Assembly (NCBI GenBank): GCA_030390025.1 | Contig: CM059449.1 | Span: forward strand, 17,112,001-17,176,000 | Length of the DNA stretch: 64,000 nt | Reading direction: 5' to 3' | DNA from: Squalus acanthias | Taxonomy: Eukaryota | Part shown: one piece after another, positions 1 to 13,058 of the stretch | Numbering within the stretch: the stretch's first letter is position 1 | How the letters are laid out: each line of letters begins with the position of its first letter | Program-made: the position numbers and the translations under genes | Notes under the pieces: generated by a model | The model's input: the letters and a program-made list of their open reading frames with translations, nothing else | Database searches by the model: none | Told to the model about the DNA's origin: nothing

Positions 1-436
1 TTCACGACAAAAGGACATCCCAAAGTGCTTTGCAGCCAATGAAGAACTTATGAAGTGGAGTCACTGTTGTAATGTAAGAAACGCAGCAGCCAATTTCTGC
101 ACAGCAAGCTCCCACAAACAGCAATGTGATAATAATCAGATAATCTGTTTTTGTTATGTTGGTTGAGGGATAAATATTGGCCACTGCACCCGGGATAGCT
201 GCCCTGCTCTTCTTCGAGATAGTGCCATGGGATCTTTTACATCCAACTGAGAGGGCAGACGGGGCCTCGGTTTAATGTCTCATCCGATAGACGGCACCTC
301 CGACAGTGCAGCACCCCCTCAGTACGACACTGGAATATCAGCCTAGATTTTTGTGCTCAAGTCTCTGGAGTGAGATTTGAACCCACAACTTTCTGACTCA
401 GAGGCGACAGTCCTACCCACTGAGCTATGGCTGACG
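1..436 (-). mobile_element. tRNA-derived DeuSINE (SacSINE1-like), 3' end outside the window
   Basis: Minus strand shows a tRNA-like head (tcagtgggtag...gggttcaaatc) and the Deu-domain core gtgccgtct.tcggatgagac.ttaaaccgaggcccc; same family at 16470 and 29042. Confidence 0.85.
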
Positions 437-1699
437 CCGATATGATAGCAATTGATGTTTGATTTTTACTCTGGAGTCCAAGATTGTTTTGGACATTCTA
501 GGATATATTTCTCTTAAATCCTGTTGTACAGAAATACATGATCAGAGGTCTCGAGCGAATGTTTAAAATAGGGTATCTAGCGTAGCACAAACATTATGTA
601 CAGCCCATAATTTATGTAATCTTTTGCCCATTTCTGTTGGAAACTCTACCAATTCACTGTTGTATTAATTGCGGTACAGTTAAGGTACTGTTCCCCATGA
701 AAGGGTATGATGCTTCATTAAGCGCTGATCTTTTTCCCATTGTCCTATTTATCCTCACACTTTCTATTTTCCTTGTGATGAGATTTGTCACTCTGTTTCA
801 TTACTTTGTTTTCTAATACTTGTTTTTCTTTGAGCATCGTGAACTGCTGTAAATGTTGCTGTTCAGCTTTATACCGAAAACCAGAACTGGTATTTTTCCC
901 CCTGCAAAATATCTGTATGCGGGAAATAAGTGTACGGTGCCCCTGCCCCATCGTCACCAACACCCAAATCCATCAGTTGACAAGTAATCTACAAATGGAA
1001 ATAACTTGGTCTGAAATTCATTTTTCTGTTACTTTTGTGAAAGAACGAACCTACTTTTTATAAAAAGCTAAAACAAGGAGAACATTTTCAGGTAAACATG
1101 TAAAGAGCTGGTATCCTCGTCTCCGACAGCCTAATGTCTTGCTTTTTATCAAGTATCCACGCATAAACCCACCAATAAATGCAATGTTTTCGGGTAAAGC
1201 AGTGGAGCCTATATGTTATGTTTCAATCATTCTAATCTGGCACAATTTGCATAAAATAAATAATGGTTTCCGTCATTTTATTCCAATTTGGGGTCATAAT
1301 AGTGGCAGTAAAGGTGAATATCTGGTACTATTGCTGAAAGGCGAAACCATGGTAATACTCGAACTGGAAATCTGAATAAGGTGGTTACAAACGCACCAGA
1401 TTTTTACACTATGATTGTGATTTACAATAAATGTGATTGCCATTGAAACTATTGAAATTAACTTTTCAAATTTTATTTTGATGAATATGTTTCCTCATCA
1501 CGGAGGCAATGGAAGTACTGAACATTCAACCCATGTGGGACCTTTTTCTCCTCCCCCAAATATTGCATCTAACGCCGACTTCAGACTGCCCACTTCCGAT
1601 GATGATGGTGATTTTCCATTTCCTAACGGCCTTCTCACAGTCCATCTTTCGACTCAATGCATTCAGGAGAAATAAGCTTCCCCATAGGCTGCACGCAAA

Positions 1700-1960
1700 C
1701 TTTTATTTTATTCCTTCTGGGGAAGGTGGGCGTCGCTAGTTCATCCCTAGTTGCACTTGAGAAGGTGGGGGTGGGCCTCCTCCTTGAGTCACTGCAGTCC
1801 GTGGGGTGAAGGTACTCCCAAAATGCTGTTAGGTAGAGAGTTCCTGGATTTTTGACCAAGCGACAATGAAGGAAAGACGATATATGATGATACAATTCGG
1901 GATGGTGTGTGACTTGGAGGGGAACTTGGAGGTGATGGTGTACCCATGCACCTCGGTTGT
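1700..1960 (-). mobile_element. 3' fragment of the CR1/L2-group LINE family seen at 9563-12742
   Basis: Matches the 3' tail at 9563-9810 (ccttgagaaggtggtg...gacttggaggggaacttggaggtg). Similar tails at ~5563-5772, 19715-19970, 23820-23910 and 52885-52995. Confidence 0.75.
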
Positions 1961-3159
1961 TCCTACGAACTACATTTCCATCGGAGTTTAATTGTTTGAT
2001 GTCGGACATTTTCAGATTGGCCTGAGTCTGTGTTTACTTAGCAATAATAGTATTGGGTGGCTTTAAGGAGATGCTTTCCTACCTTAGTAGCAGAATAATA
2101 TACCGTGTCTTACATGGCATAACGGTTGTGTACTTGTAAGATAAACACCATCCACCTCAGAGTGATCAGTACGATGAAAAATTAGCCTTCCCATCTTGGT
2201 CCGTAGGAAAAACAATGTTAATCTATGTTATGTTCCAGTACGTGCTGCCTTGTTCTACTCTATGTAGCGCGCTTGAGTAAGATTAAATTGTACATAACTA
2301 CTTATTTCTAAGCCCAATTAGGATTCAAACTCATTTCGTCAAGTAAAATAAAACGAATCAAGCATTTTGCTCATTAACTGGTGGTGCAAAAATCACTTTA
2401 TCACCCATTACAAGATAAAACATTGGCAACAGTTCGTATAGAAGTTTCAAGAGTACTGTTAAGCCGAAACTTCTGGAGTGAAATTAAAATAAACATAAAG
2501 AGTAAGAGACACTGGTTATTGATCAGAAGAATTTGGGATTGTGTTTGGAATAGTACATTTTCCTCTGCTCACTTACGTCAAGTCTGTCGGAATTTAGAAC
2601 AGATTTTAAAATCTTCAATGTTTCCTTCATAAAGTGAAGAGCTTGACTTGCCAAAAAATCCTATTCCTTAAACTAAATTGAATTCCATTCGCCACCAATC
2701 TGGAACTGTTGCTTACTGAATAACCATTCGGAGATTTCCCAAATAATGTTTTATTAATTCGGCATGTGCCTTCACTTCTTTTGACTTTAACAGGAAGAAG
2801 ATGATGATGGCACAGTGAAACTGGGCGGATGGATGGAAAGCACAAACTCACTCTGATACAAAGACTCACTGTAATACGAAGACTGCCGTGTTAAATTGCC
2901 TTCCGTCCAGACCACGTCCCTGCAAGTCATTCTTGGCAATACACAAGTCTCAGTGCGGCAACTTGATCAAGCTGGCAGTTCCATATTTGCGAAACATTCA
3001 AAGATACTCACATTATAGACCTTTGGCATGAAGACTCTTTAATATTTTCATGTTGGTGAGCTGCTGCCTTAAATAGCTGCAGTGTGGACCACTAGTTATT
3101 CTGCTGTTTAATTACTTCGGTCCGTCTTAGATTTGAAAATGTGTTCTTTAAATAGTCAT

Positions 3160-3541
3160 CCTTGTCTTCAAATCCCTCCATGGCCTCGCCCCTCCCTATA
3201 TCTGTAATCTCCTCCAGCCCCACAGCCCCCCGAGATATCTGCGCTCCTCTAATTCTGCACTCTTGAGCATCCCTGATTATAATCGCTCAACAATTGGTGG
3301 CCGTGCCTTCAGCTGCCAAGGCCCTAAGCTCTGGAATTACCTCCCTGAACCTCTCCGCCTCGCTAACTCTCTCTGTCCTCCTTAAAGACGCTGCTTAAAA
3401 CCTACTACTCCTGTACTAATATCTCCTTATGTGGCTCGGAGTCAAATTGTGTTTAATAATCGCTCCTGTGAAGCGCCTTGGGACGTTTTGCTACATTAAA
3501 GGCGCTGTTTCAATACACGTTGTTGTTGTTGTTGTTGTTGT
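3160..3541 (+). mobile_element. L2-type LINE 3' fragment with (TTG)n tail
   Basis: Tail ctgtgaagcgccttgggacg...aaaggcgct followed by ttg repeats; reverse-complement copy at 43060-43388. Confidence 0.7.
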
Positions 3542-3977
3542 TATGTTTCAGTTTCTGAAGTAAATATGTTTGCCTTTGATAACTTCCCAAACTTTCCTTG
3601 CATTCCCAAGGAAATATTTGGGTCTACGCAGTAAATTACCTTAGTTGTAGAATTTCACTTCACTGTCAAAACAATCATGTTAAATATAAATGAAAACATT
3701 GCAAACAGCTTTGCACCGTGCGGTCGGGATCCTCACAACACAAAGGTGTTCACCATGGCATAGACTCCCCGCACCGTATGCCATATTTTCCAAAAACATC
3801 TTATCTAGGCGTCTCTGAAAATAAATAAGCTCAAAGACACAGGAGTCAGATCTCTGCAATAGCTCAGGAGCCTTATAGCGTTGTTATATTCCTTACTTAC
3901 CTATCCAGCGTTCGATGGAGAACACTTTAAGGTTAATTACTCATCGATTTCAATTAAATAGTGTTATTTTAAGACAT

Positions 3978-4652
3978 TGGCCCTGAATTTCCAATCCAAA
4001 GCTTCCTGCGAGCGGATGCCTCCGATTGGAAAAAATCTACGAACCTTACTGCTGGTTCCATAGATCCCGAGGCTTCCGATCCTGGGCCTCTCCTGTTGGA
4101 AATGCGCAGAGCCTCAGGTAGCCGAGGGGCGCATGCGGTTTGCCCCAGCCCCCCTGGGATCACGTGGGCCAGGCGAACAAATCATACGCACAGAACTGTC
4201 AAAAGTATGAATGGAGATCACATCTAAAAACACACTAAAGAATTAAATAATTTTTTTAATTACATAATTTAAAATTAATTAAAATTCAATTGAACTAAAA
4301 ATAAACTTACTTTTTTGAAGAGTATTTTTAATTTATAAATGAGTTATCAAAGTTAATTTTTCTATTTTTCAACACTCATAAGCTGGTAATAGCAGGCCTT
4401 ACGCATGCTTTTACCAGGCGTAAGAATTCTCTGGCCTTTCAGCGGGCGGAAGTTGTGGAAAAAGAGCAACTCTCCACCCGCATAGGCACTTTTCCCGGGC
4501 AGGCGGATGATCTGTCAAGAGAATTCTTGACAGATCGCAAGTACCGGTTTTCAGCGCATGCGGTTCGCATGCCTGAAACCGGCACTTGCGCGGACCCTAC
4601 GGGCGCATATGCTCCTCGTACGCACCAGTGGAGGTGGCAAAATACGGACCAT
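3978..4652. mobile_element. MITE-like non-autonomous DNA element (GC-rich ends, AT-rich core)
   Basis: Imperfect terminal inverted repeats (tggccctgaatttcc...aaatacggacca); related copies at 15181-15940 and 36995-37580. Confidence 0.6.
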
Positions 4653-5771
4653 AGTTTCTTGCCTCCAAACTATTCATTATACAGTTCGGGGTTGAATTTC
4701 TATGAGGGTTTACATGATCATCCACCGTGACTTCGAAGGAAACACTGGAGAAAAGGGTATAAACATATTCAAGGTAGCTAATGCCTGTTCAATTTGGCCG
4801 CCCAGGACGCCGGAAAAACCGTGAGGCCAATATGGCTCTGGACATATTTCAGCTGTCGTTGGGGCGCAGGGCATAGTCCTGTGAAACTGTTCATGGTTAC
4901 CCCCATTTTCCGCGCAGAAAACGAGCGTAATGAGGACCAATTTCCACCCTTTCCCCAGATGCCAGCTCTGAGATACTTATTGCCAAACTATCGGTGCCAA
5001 TAAATAAAAGTCGGGGCAAAAACTGCATAAATGCGGACAAAGGGCTGATGAAAGCCAGAGAGTGTGGGCGCTAGCGCAAAACGGGCGAGAATGAAACAGC
5101 CATAAATGGAATAGGGAATTGGGCGGGGTGTAAAATGTGCTTTCCATCCACTAGAGGCCATTTTGCCCTATCGTCCACGAACAATTTCACGCCCATGGAA
5201 TGTTAGAAGTCGTCCCACGATGAATCCAGTCCTCTTTGCCCATATAAGAACAGCGCCACATCCGTATCCTGAGCTATCTGCTAACAGATAATCACCATAA
5301 CCTCCGGGAAACAACGCTAAGTGGGTCGGGTCCAATCCCATTGCATTTCCGATCGGTACCGCCTGGCAGAAACCCATAAGTGAAGAAACGAGAATCGGCC
5401 CCATCTAGTCTGAAACCCACCAGTGTGTTTTGCTTTACAAAATGAAATTTTATCATGGAATTTGGAGATATTTGTTGATTATTAACAATATATAGAACTG
5501 GAAACCTTAAACGAGAGATGGAGTGGGTAAGTACCACAACTTCACGCCGTTGCACATAATTTTTTTATTCGTTCCTGGGATATGGGCATCGCTGGCAAGG
5601 CCACCATTTGTTGCCCATCTCAAGTTGCCCTCGAGAAGGTGATGGTGAGCCGCCTTCTTGAATACAGCTGAATGGCTTGCTAGGCCATTTCAGAGGGCAG
5701 CTGAGAGTCAAACACATTGCTGAGGGTCTGCAGTCACATGTCGGCCAGACCTGGTAAGGATGGCAGATTTC

Positions 5772-8490
5772 ATAAGAACATAAGAAATAGGAGCAGGTGT
5801 AGCCCATTTGGCCCTTCAAGCCTGCTCTGCCATTCAATAAGATCATGGCTGATCTTCTACCTCATCTCCACTTTCCTGAATTAAACCCATATCCCTTGAT
5901 TCTGTTAATATTCACGAATCTATCGATCTCTCCCCATCCCAGGAACCAGTCTGGTGAACCTTTGTTGTACTCCCTCTATGACAAGTATATCCTTCCTGCT
6001 CTCTGTTTTCTGTCCATTAACAAATCCTCAATCCATGCTAGTATATTACCTCCAATCCCATGAGCCCTAATTTTGTTTAATATCCTCTTGTGTGGCACCT
6101 TATCAAATGCCTTCTGAAAATCCAAATACACCACATCCACTGGTCCCCCCTTATCTATTCTGCTAGAAACAACCTCAAAAATCTCTAATAGATTTGTCAA
6201 ACACGATTTCCCTTTCATAAATCTGTGTTGACTCTGCCCAATCCTGTTATTATTTTCTAAGTGCCCTGTTACCACGTCCTTAATAATAGATTCTTGCATT
6301 TCCCCTACTACTGATGTCAGGCTCACTGGTCTGTAGTTCCCCGTTTTCTCTCTCCCTCCTTTCTTAAATAGTGGGGCTACATTTACTACCTTCCAATCCA
6401 TGGGAACCATTCTAGAATCTATGGAATTTTGGAAAATGACACCCAATGCATCCACTCTCTCTATAGCCAACTCTTTCAAAACCCTAGAATGTAGGCCATC
6501 AGGGTCCAGAGGATATATTGGCTTTTAGTCCCATTAATTTCTCCAGTACTACTTTTTTACTAATACTAATATCTTTCAGTTCCTCATTCTCGCTAGACCC
6601 TTGGTTGTCCACTATTTCCGCGAGATTTTTTGCGTCTTCTTCCATGAAGACAGACACAAAGTATTTGTTTAATTTCCCTGCAATTTCCTTATTCCCCATT
6701 ATAATTTCTCCTGTCTCAGCCTGTAAGGCACCCACATTTACTTTCGCTAATCCTTTTCTTTTTACATACTTATAGATGCTTTTACAGTCTGTTTTATGTC
6801 TCTACCTAGTTTACTCTCATATTCTATTTTCCCTTTCTTTTCAATTTCTTGGTCCTCCTTTGCTGAATTCTAAATCCTCCCAATCCTCAGGCTTACGACT
6901 CTTCTTGGCATCATTATAAGCCTCTTCCTTTGATCTAATACTATCTTTAACTTCTCTTGTTAGCCTCGGTTGGACCACTCTTCCTGTGAGGGTTTTCTGC
7001 CTGAAAGGAATGTATATTTGTCGGCAATTTTGTATTAATTCTTTAAATGCTAGCCATTGCTCGTCCACTGTCATTCGTTTTAAGGTAGTTTCCTGATCTA
7101 CCTTCGCCAACTCGCCCCTCATACCTACATTGTTTGCTTTGTTTAGATTTAAGACACTAGTTTCGGATGTAACTAAGTCACTTTCATACTCAATATAAAA
7201 TTCTATTATATTATGGTCACTCTTCCCTAAAGGCCCCTTTACTTATTAATTAACCCTTTCTCGTTGCACAATACTCGATCTAAAATAGCCTGTTCCCCAG
7301 TTGGTTCCTCAACATACTGGTCTTGAAAACTATCTTGCATACATTCCTTGAATGCGTCCTCCACACTGTTACTGAAAATTTGGTTTGCCCAGTCTATATG
7401 TAGATCAAACTCCCCCATGATTATTGTGTTACCCTTGTTACATGTCCTCTAATTTCCTGATTGATACTCTGCCCTACATTACAACTACTGTTTAGATATA
7501 AAAGTCGATGTTAAGTCCGGAAGGCTGTAAAGTGCCTAATCGGAAGATGAGCCATATCTCTGTTATGGCTATTAAATCATCTTCCGATTAGGCACTTTAC
7601 AGCCTTCCGGACTCAATATCGAGTTCAACAATTTCAGGTCATAACCTTGGCCCCTACCATATATATATAATTATATATTATCCACCCTTTTGGTTTGTGC
7701 CTTTTCCCCTTTTTTCTCTCTCCCCACGGCAGCTGTCTCTCATTCTGCCAGCATTTCACACTTCACAATTTGGAGCCACTTTTTGTTTCTTAACCTGTCC
7801 TATTACCATCTCGTCTTCCCTTGGGCATCTCTTAATGTCTCTACATACCTTTTGTTCTTTTATTCCTCCCCCCAGCCTCCCCCTTGCTTTTTTATCTGTT
7901 TCATTTCCTGCTTTTTTCTCATTTCTGACGAAGGGTTTGGACCTGAAATGTTAACTCTGTTTCTCGCTCCACGGATGTTGCCTGGCCTGCTGAGTTTTTC
8001 CAGCGTTTTCTGTTGTTGCTTCTAAAAGTTATGTATCTTGGAATATTTAGTACCCAACCTTGACCAATTTGAAACCACATCTCTGTTATGGCTATATATC
8101 AAACCTGTTAATTTCTATCTGCGCTATCAATTCATCTATTTTGTTGCGAATGCTTCGCACATTCAGATATAGTGCCTTTAGCTTTGACTGATTTCTCTTT
8201 TTCGCTGATGTCACCTTAGTCACTGATGCCTTATTACCTTCATTACTCTCTCTGTTCCTTCCTGACCCACTCAGATGATGTTTTAGCCAAAACTCTTCTC
8301 TACACCAGAGCCTTTATATTTCTCTCACTGCTTTTAAATTTACACTTTCCTGAATTCTCCCGCCCTCGCCCCCCCCTTCATTAGTTTAAAGCCCTGTCGA
8401 CTGCCCTAGTTATTCGGTTCGCCGGGACACTGGTCCCAGCCCGGTTTAAGTGGAGCCCGTCCCAACGGAACAGTTCCCTCTTTCCCCAGT
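5772..8490 (-). mobile_element. Decayed CR1 LINE (ORF1 esterase end, EN and RT pieces), interrupted by a Penelope fragment at ~7495-8022
   Basis: ORFs with NYRPVSLTS, YLDFQKAFDKVPH and DGLHLNRAGT; (cataagaa) tail at 5772. Confidence 0.9.
7495..8022 (+). mobile_element. Penelope-like element 3' end / pseudo-LTR with a degenerate hammerhead motif
   Basis: IFRLGTLQPSGLNIEFNNFRS* (Penelope ORF C-terminus) at ~7578-7644; ctgacga-aggg...acct-gaaa at 7925-7948; 36-bp inverted junction duplication at 7515-7612. Confidence 0.75.
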
Positions 8491-9562
8491 ACTGGTGCCA
8501 GTGCCGCATGAACCAAAACCCCTTCCTCCCAAACCAATCTTCGAGCCTGAAGGAATTTAGTGAACCACATGCGTTTTTACGACAATACACGGGAACGCCG
8601 AGTGTCTCGGCGAGATCCTGTTATAGCAAACAGTAGGAGCAGGGAAACTCGGACAGCAACCTTCCAATTTCTGCTTTAACTGCGCCTGTGCGGACGCCGG
8701 AAGTTGCTGTCCGATTTACTTCTTAATAACCGAGACGGCTGATAGCCTAATAGTATCATATATAGAGAGCGTTCCGTTTCAATTGAAGTTCTGTTATGTT
8801 TATTTGGAGTCGAATGAAATGCGTTCTAAATGTCACGGAGGGAAATGCTTGGAGCAAGACTCTACAATATCTGTTGTGGAATTTCATGTTGGCAAAGCTT
8901 TATTTCGGACTGTAGTTCACTGCTGAGCCTCTACTTCAATCCCTTCATATCAGTGACGCCGAAAACCAACCAAATACAGAATGCCAATATCGGACTATTA
9001 ATTTTATGCTTGCATTTAAGTGACAATTGTCTGTTTCAGAGTCCAATTTGCAGTGCCGATTGACTTTAAAAGAACTGTATAACAATCACATGAAAGTCAT
9101 GGTTTAATCACCACGTGAGCAGCATTCAGTGTGCTGACTGTCTTCTCGCTTTTGACAACGCATTGGAAATGACCGGAATTAATGGAATCTTCCTTTGGAC
9201 AAAGATCGAGATATATTGAGCCATCCGGGCTATAAATTCCCTGTTTGGAGCCCCGCTCTGTGCCGGATGAACAAGTGTCACTATAATTGGTGTTGGAAAC
9301 CCCGGACGAGGAATGAGCAATATGCTCAATCTGACACTCCTGGTGGAACCTGATGACCTCTAGTGAAAAGTGCACCAATGCTCACGTCGGGTGAGGGCCG
9401 GTCCCTATTATTTTGGGAAGCCCCAATTTAATGGAAAAATGTAAATATATCATGTGTGGTGGTCATCATTTCAAAGGTATATCAACTTCAGGATGATATC
9501 GTGTATATTAAATAAAATGCAGCAGATTGTTTGAATATTATTAACATGTTACTTTTTAAAAA

Positions 9563-12500
9563 TTTGTTTGTGGGATGAGGGCGTCGCTGGCAAGGTCAGC
9601 CTTTATTGCCCATCCCTAATTGCCCCTGAGAAGCTGGTGGTGAGCCACCTTCTTGAACCGCTGCAGTCCGTGTGGTGAAGGTACTCCCTCAGTCCTGTTA
9701 GGGAGTTCCAGGATTTTGACTAAGCGACGATGAAGGATCGGCGATATACTTCTAAGTCAGGATGGTGTGTGACTTGAAGGGGAACTTGGAGGTGGTGGTG
9801 TTCCCATGCGTCTGCTGCCCTTGGATGTCTAGATGGAAGAGTTTGCGCGTTTGGGAGGTGCGGCCGAAGAAGCATTGGCGAGTTGCTGCAGTGCATCTTG
9901 TAGATGGTACACACTGCAGCTACCGTATGCCGGTGGTGGAGGGAGTGAACCTTTAAGGTGGTGGATGGGGTGCCAATCAAGTGGGCTGCTTTGTCCTGGA
10001 TAGTGTCGAGCTCCTTGTGTGTTGTTGGAGCTGCACTCATCCAGGCAAGTGGAGAGTGTTCCATCACACTCCTGACTTGTGCCTTGTAGATGGTGGAAAG
10101 GCTTTGGGGAGTCAGAAGGTCAGACACTCGCTGCAGAATACCTGGACTTTGACCTGCTCTTGTTGCCACAGTATTTATGTGGCTGATCCAGTTAAGTTTC
10201 TGGTCAATGGTGACCTCCAGGATGTTGATAATGGGAGATTCAGCGATGGTAATGCCATTGAATGTCAAGGGCGGTGGTTAGACTCTAAGTTTTTGGAGAT
10301 AGTCATTGCCTGGCAATTGTGTGGCGTGAATGTTACCTGCCACTTATCATCCCAAGCCTGAACGTCGTCCAGGTCTTGTTGCATGCGGGCATGGACTGCT
10401 TCATTTTCTGAGGAGTTGTGAATGGCACTGAACACTGTGCAGTCATCAGCGAACATCCCCATTTCTGACCTTATATTGGAGGGAAGGTCATAAATGAAGC
10501 AGCTGAGGCTGGTTGGGCCCAGGACACTGCCCTGAGGGACTCATGCAGCGATGTCCTGGGCTGTGATGATTGACCTTCAACCACCACAACCATCTTCATT
10601 TGTGCTAGGTATGACTCCAGCCAGTGGAGCATTTCGCCCCGATTCCGATTGACTTCAATTTTACTTGGTCTCCTTGATGCCACACTCGGTCAAATGCTGC
10701 CTTGATGTCAAGGGCAGTCACTCTCACCTCAGCTCTGGAATTCAGCTCCTTTGTCCATGTTTGGAGCAAGGGCGTAGTGAGGTCAGGAGCCGGGTGATCT
10801 TGATGGGACCCAAACTGAGCATTACTGAGCAGGTTATTGGTGAGTAAATGCCACTTGATAGCACTGTCAATGACACCTTCCATCACTTTGCTGATGATTG
10901 AGAGTAGACTGATGGGGCAGTAATTGGCCGGGTTTGATTTGTCCTGCTTCTTGTGGACAGGACATTCCTGGGCAATTTTCCACTTTGTTGGATAAGTGCC
11001 AGTGTTGTAGCTGCACCGGAACACCTTAGCTAGAGGTGAGGCTAGTTCTGGAGCACAAGTCTTCAGCACGAAATCCGGGATGTTGTCGGGGCCCATAGCC
11101 TTTGCTGTATCCAGTGCGCTCAGCCGTTTCTTTATATCATGTGGAGTGAATCGAATTGGCTGAAGACTGGCTTCTGTGATGATGGGGACCTGAGGAGGAG
11201 GCTGATATGAATCATCCACTCGGCACTTCTGTTGAAGATGATTGCAAACGCTTCAGCCTTGACTTTGCACTCACGTGCTGGTTCCACCATTATTAAGGAT
11301 GGGGATATTCATGGAACCTCCTCCTCCCGTTAGTTGTTTAATGGTCCACCACCATTCACGAGCTTTGATCTGATCCGTTGATTGTGGGATCACTTAGCGC
11401 GGTCTATAGCATGCTGCTACCGCTTTTTAGCATGCATGTAGTCCTGTGTTGCAGCTTCCCCAGGTTGACACCTCATTTTTAGGTATGCATGGTGCTGCTC
11501 CTGGCATGCTCTTCTACACTCCTTATTGAACCAGGGTTGGTCCCCTGGCTTGATGGTAATGGTAGAGTGAGGTATATGCCGAGCCATGAGGTTACAGATT
11601 GTGGTGGAATACAATTCTGCTGCTGCTGATGGCCCACAGTGCATCATGGATGCCCAGCTTTGAGCTGCTAGATCTGTTCTGAATCTATCCCATTTAGCAC
11701 GGTGGTAGTGCCACGCAACACGATGGAGGGTGTCCGTGAAGACGGGACTTCGTCTCCACAATGACTGTGCGGTGGTCACTGCTACCAATATTGTCATGGA
11801 CAGATGCATCTGCGACAGATAGATTGGTGAGGACGAGGTCAAGTAGGTTTTTCCCTTGTGTTGGTTCTCTCACCACCTGCCGCAGGCCCAGATTAGAAGC
11901 TATTTCAATCAGGACGCGGCCAGCTCAGTCAATAGTGGTGCTACCGAGCCACTCTTGGTGATGGACATTGAAGTCCCCCACCCAGAGTACATTGTGCCCT
12001 TGCTACCCTCTGTGTTTCTTCCAAGTGGTGTTCAACATGGAGGAGTACTGATTCATCAGCTGATGGAGGGCGGTAGGTGGTAATCAGTAGGAGGTTTCCT
12101 TACCCATGCTTGACCTGAAGCCATGACGCTTCATGGGGTCCGGTGTCAATATTGAGGACAGCCAGGGCCACTCCTTCCCGACTGTATACCACTGTGCCGC
12201 CACCCCTGGTGGGTCTGTCCTGCCGATCGGAGGATTTTGGGAAATTGGCTGAAAGGTATGATTCTGTAAGTATGACTATGTCAGGCTGTTGCTTGCCTAG
12301 TCTGTGGGACAGCTCTCCCAATTTTGGCACAAGTCCCCAGATGTTGGTGAGGTGGACTTTGCAGGGTCGACTGGGCTGGGTGTGCCGTTGCCGGTGCCGA
12401 GGTCGATGCCGGGTGGCCCATCTGGTCTCATTCTTATTATATTTCGTAGCAGTTAGTTACAACTGAGTGACTTGCTCGGCCATTTTAGAGGGCAGTTAAG

Positions 12501-12742
12501 GGTCAACCACATGTAGGCCAGACCAGGCAGATTTCCTTCCCTGAATTAGTGAACCAGATGTTTTTTTAACGACAATCCGCTATTTTCATGCTCACCATTA
12601 CTGATACCAGCTTTTTATTCCAGATTTATTTAATTAACTGAATTTAAATTCCCCAGTTGCCGCTGTGGGATTTGAACTCACGTCTCTGGATCATTAGTCC
12701 AGGCCTACTGGATTACTAGTCTAGTGACATTACCACTACGCT
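9563..12742 (-). mobile_element. Near-complete ~3.2-kb CR1/L2-group LINE (APE + RT, no ORF1) with tRNA-like 5' head; frameshifted
   Basis: ORF fragments PDIVILTESYL, NLLDLVLTN, NYCPISLLS, LDIKAAFDRVWH, MFADD; tRNA-like head at 12660-12742. Confidence 0.9.
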
Positions 12743-12897
12743 TATCGGCACAAGAACATGGACCGGGAGATCTGACTGCAACCTAATTTTATTCTTCTCA
12801 CATTTTACATGCATTCACTTAGTTCCATTTCTCGCTGTAGCAAGTCGTTTTCCTACAAATGATGATGTGGAGATGCCGGCGTTGGACAAGGGTGGAC

Positions 12898-13058
12898 AAA
12901 AATGAGAAGTCGCACAACACCAGGTTATAGTCCAACAGATTTATTTAATTTTACAAGCTTTCGGAGCTGTCGCTCCTTCTGAGCGACAGCTCCGAAAGCT
13001 TGTAAAATTAAATAAATCTGTTGGACTATAACCTGGTGTTGTGCGACTTCTCATTTTT
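12898..13058. repeat. Perfect 78-bp inverted repeat with 5-nt loop, derived from a Penelope-like terminus
   Basis: 12898-12975 is the exact reverse complement of 12981-13058; the sequence cacaacaccaggttatagtccaacag...ctttcggag is the shark Penelope-type end. Confidence 0.9.
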
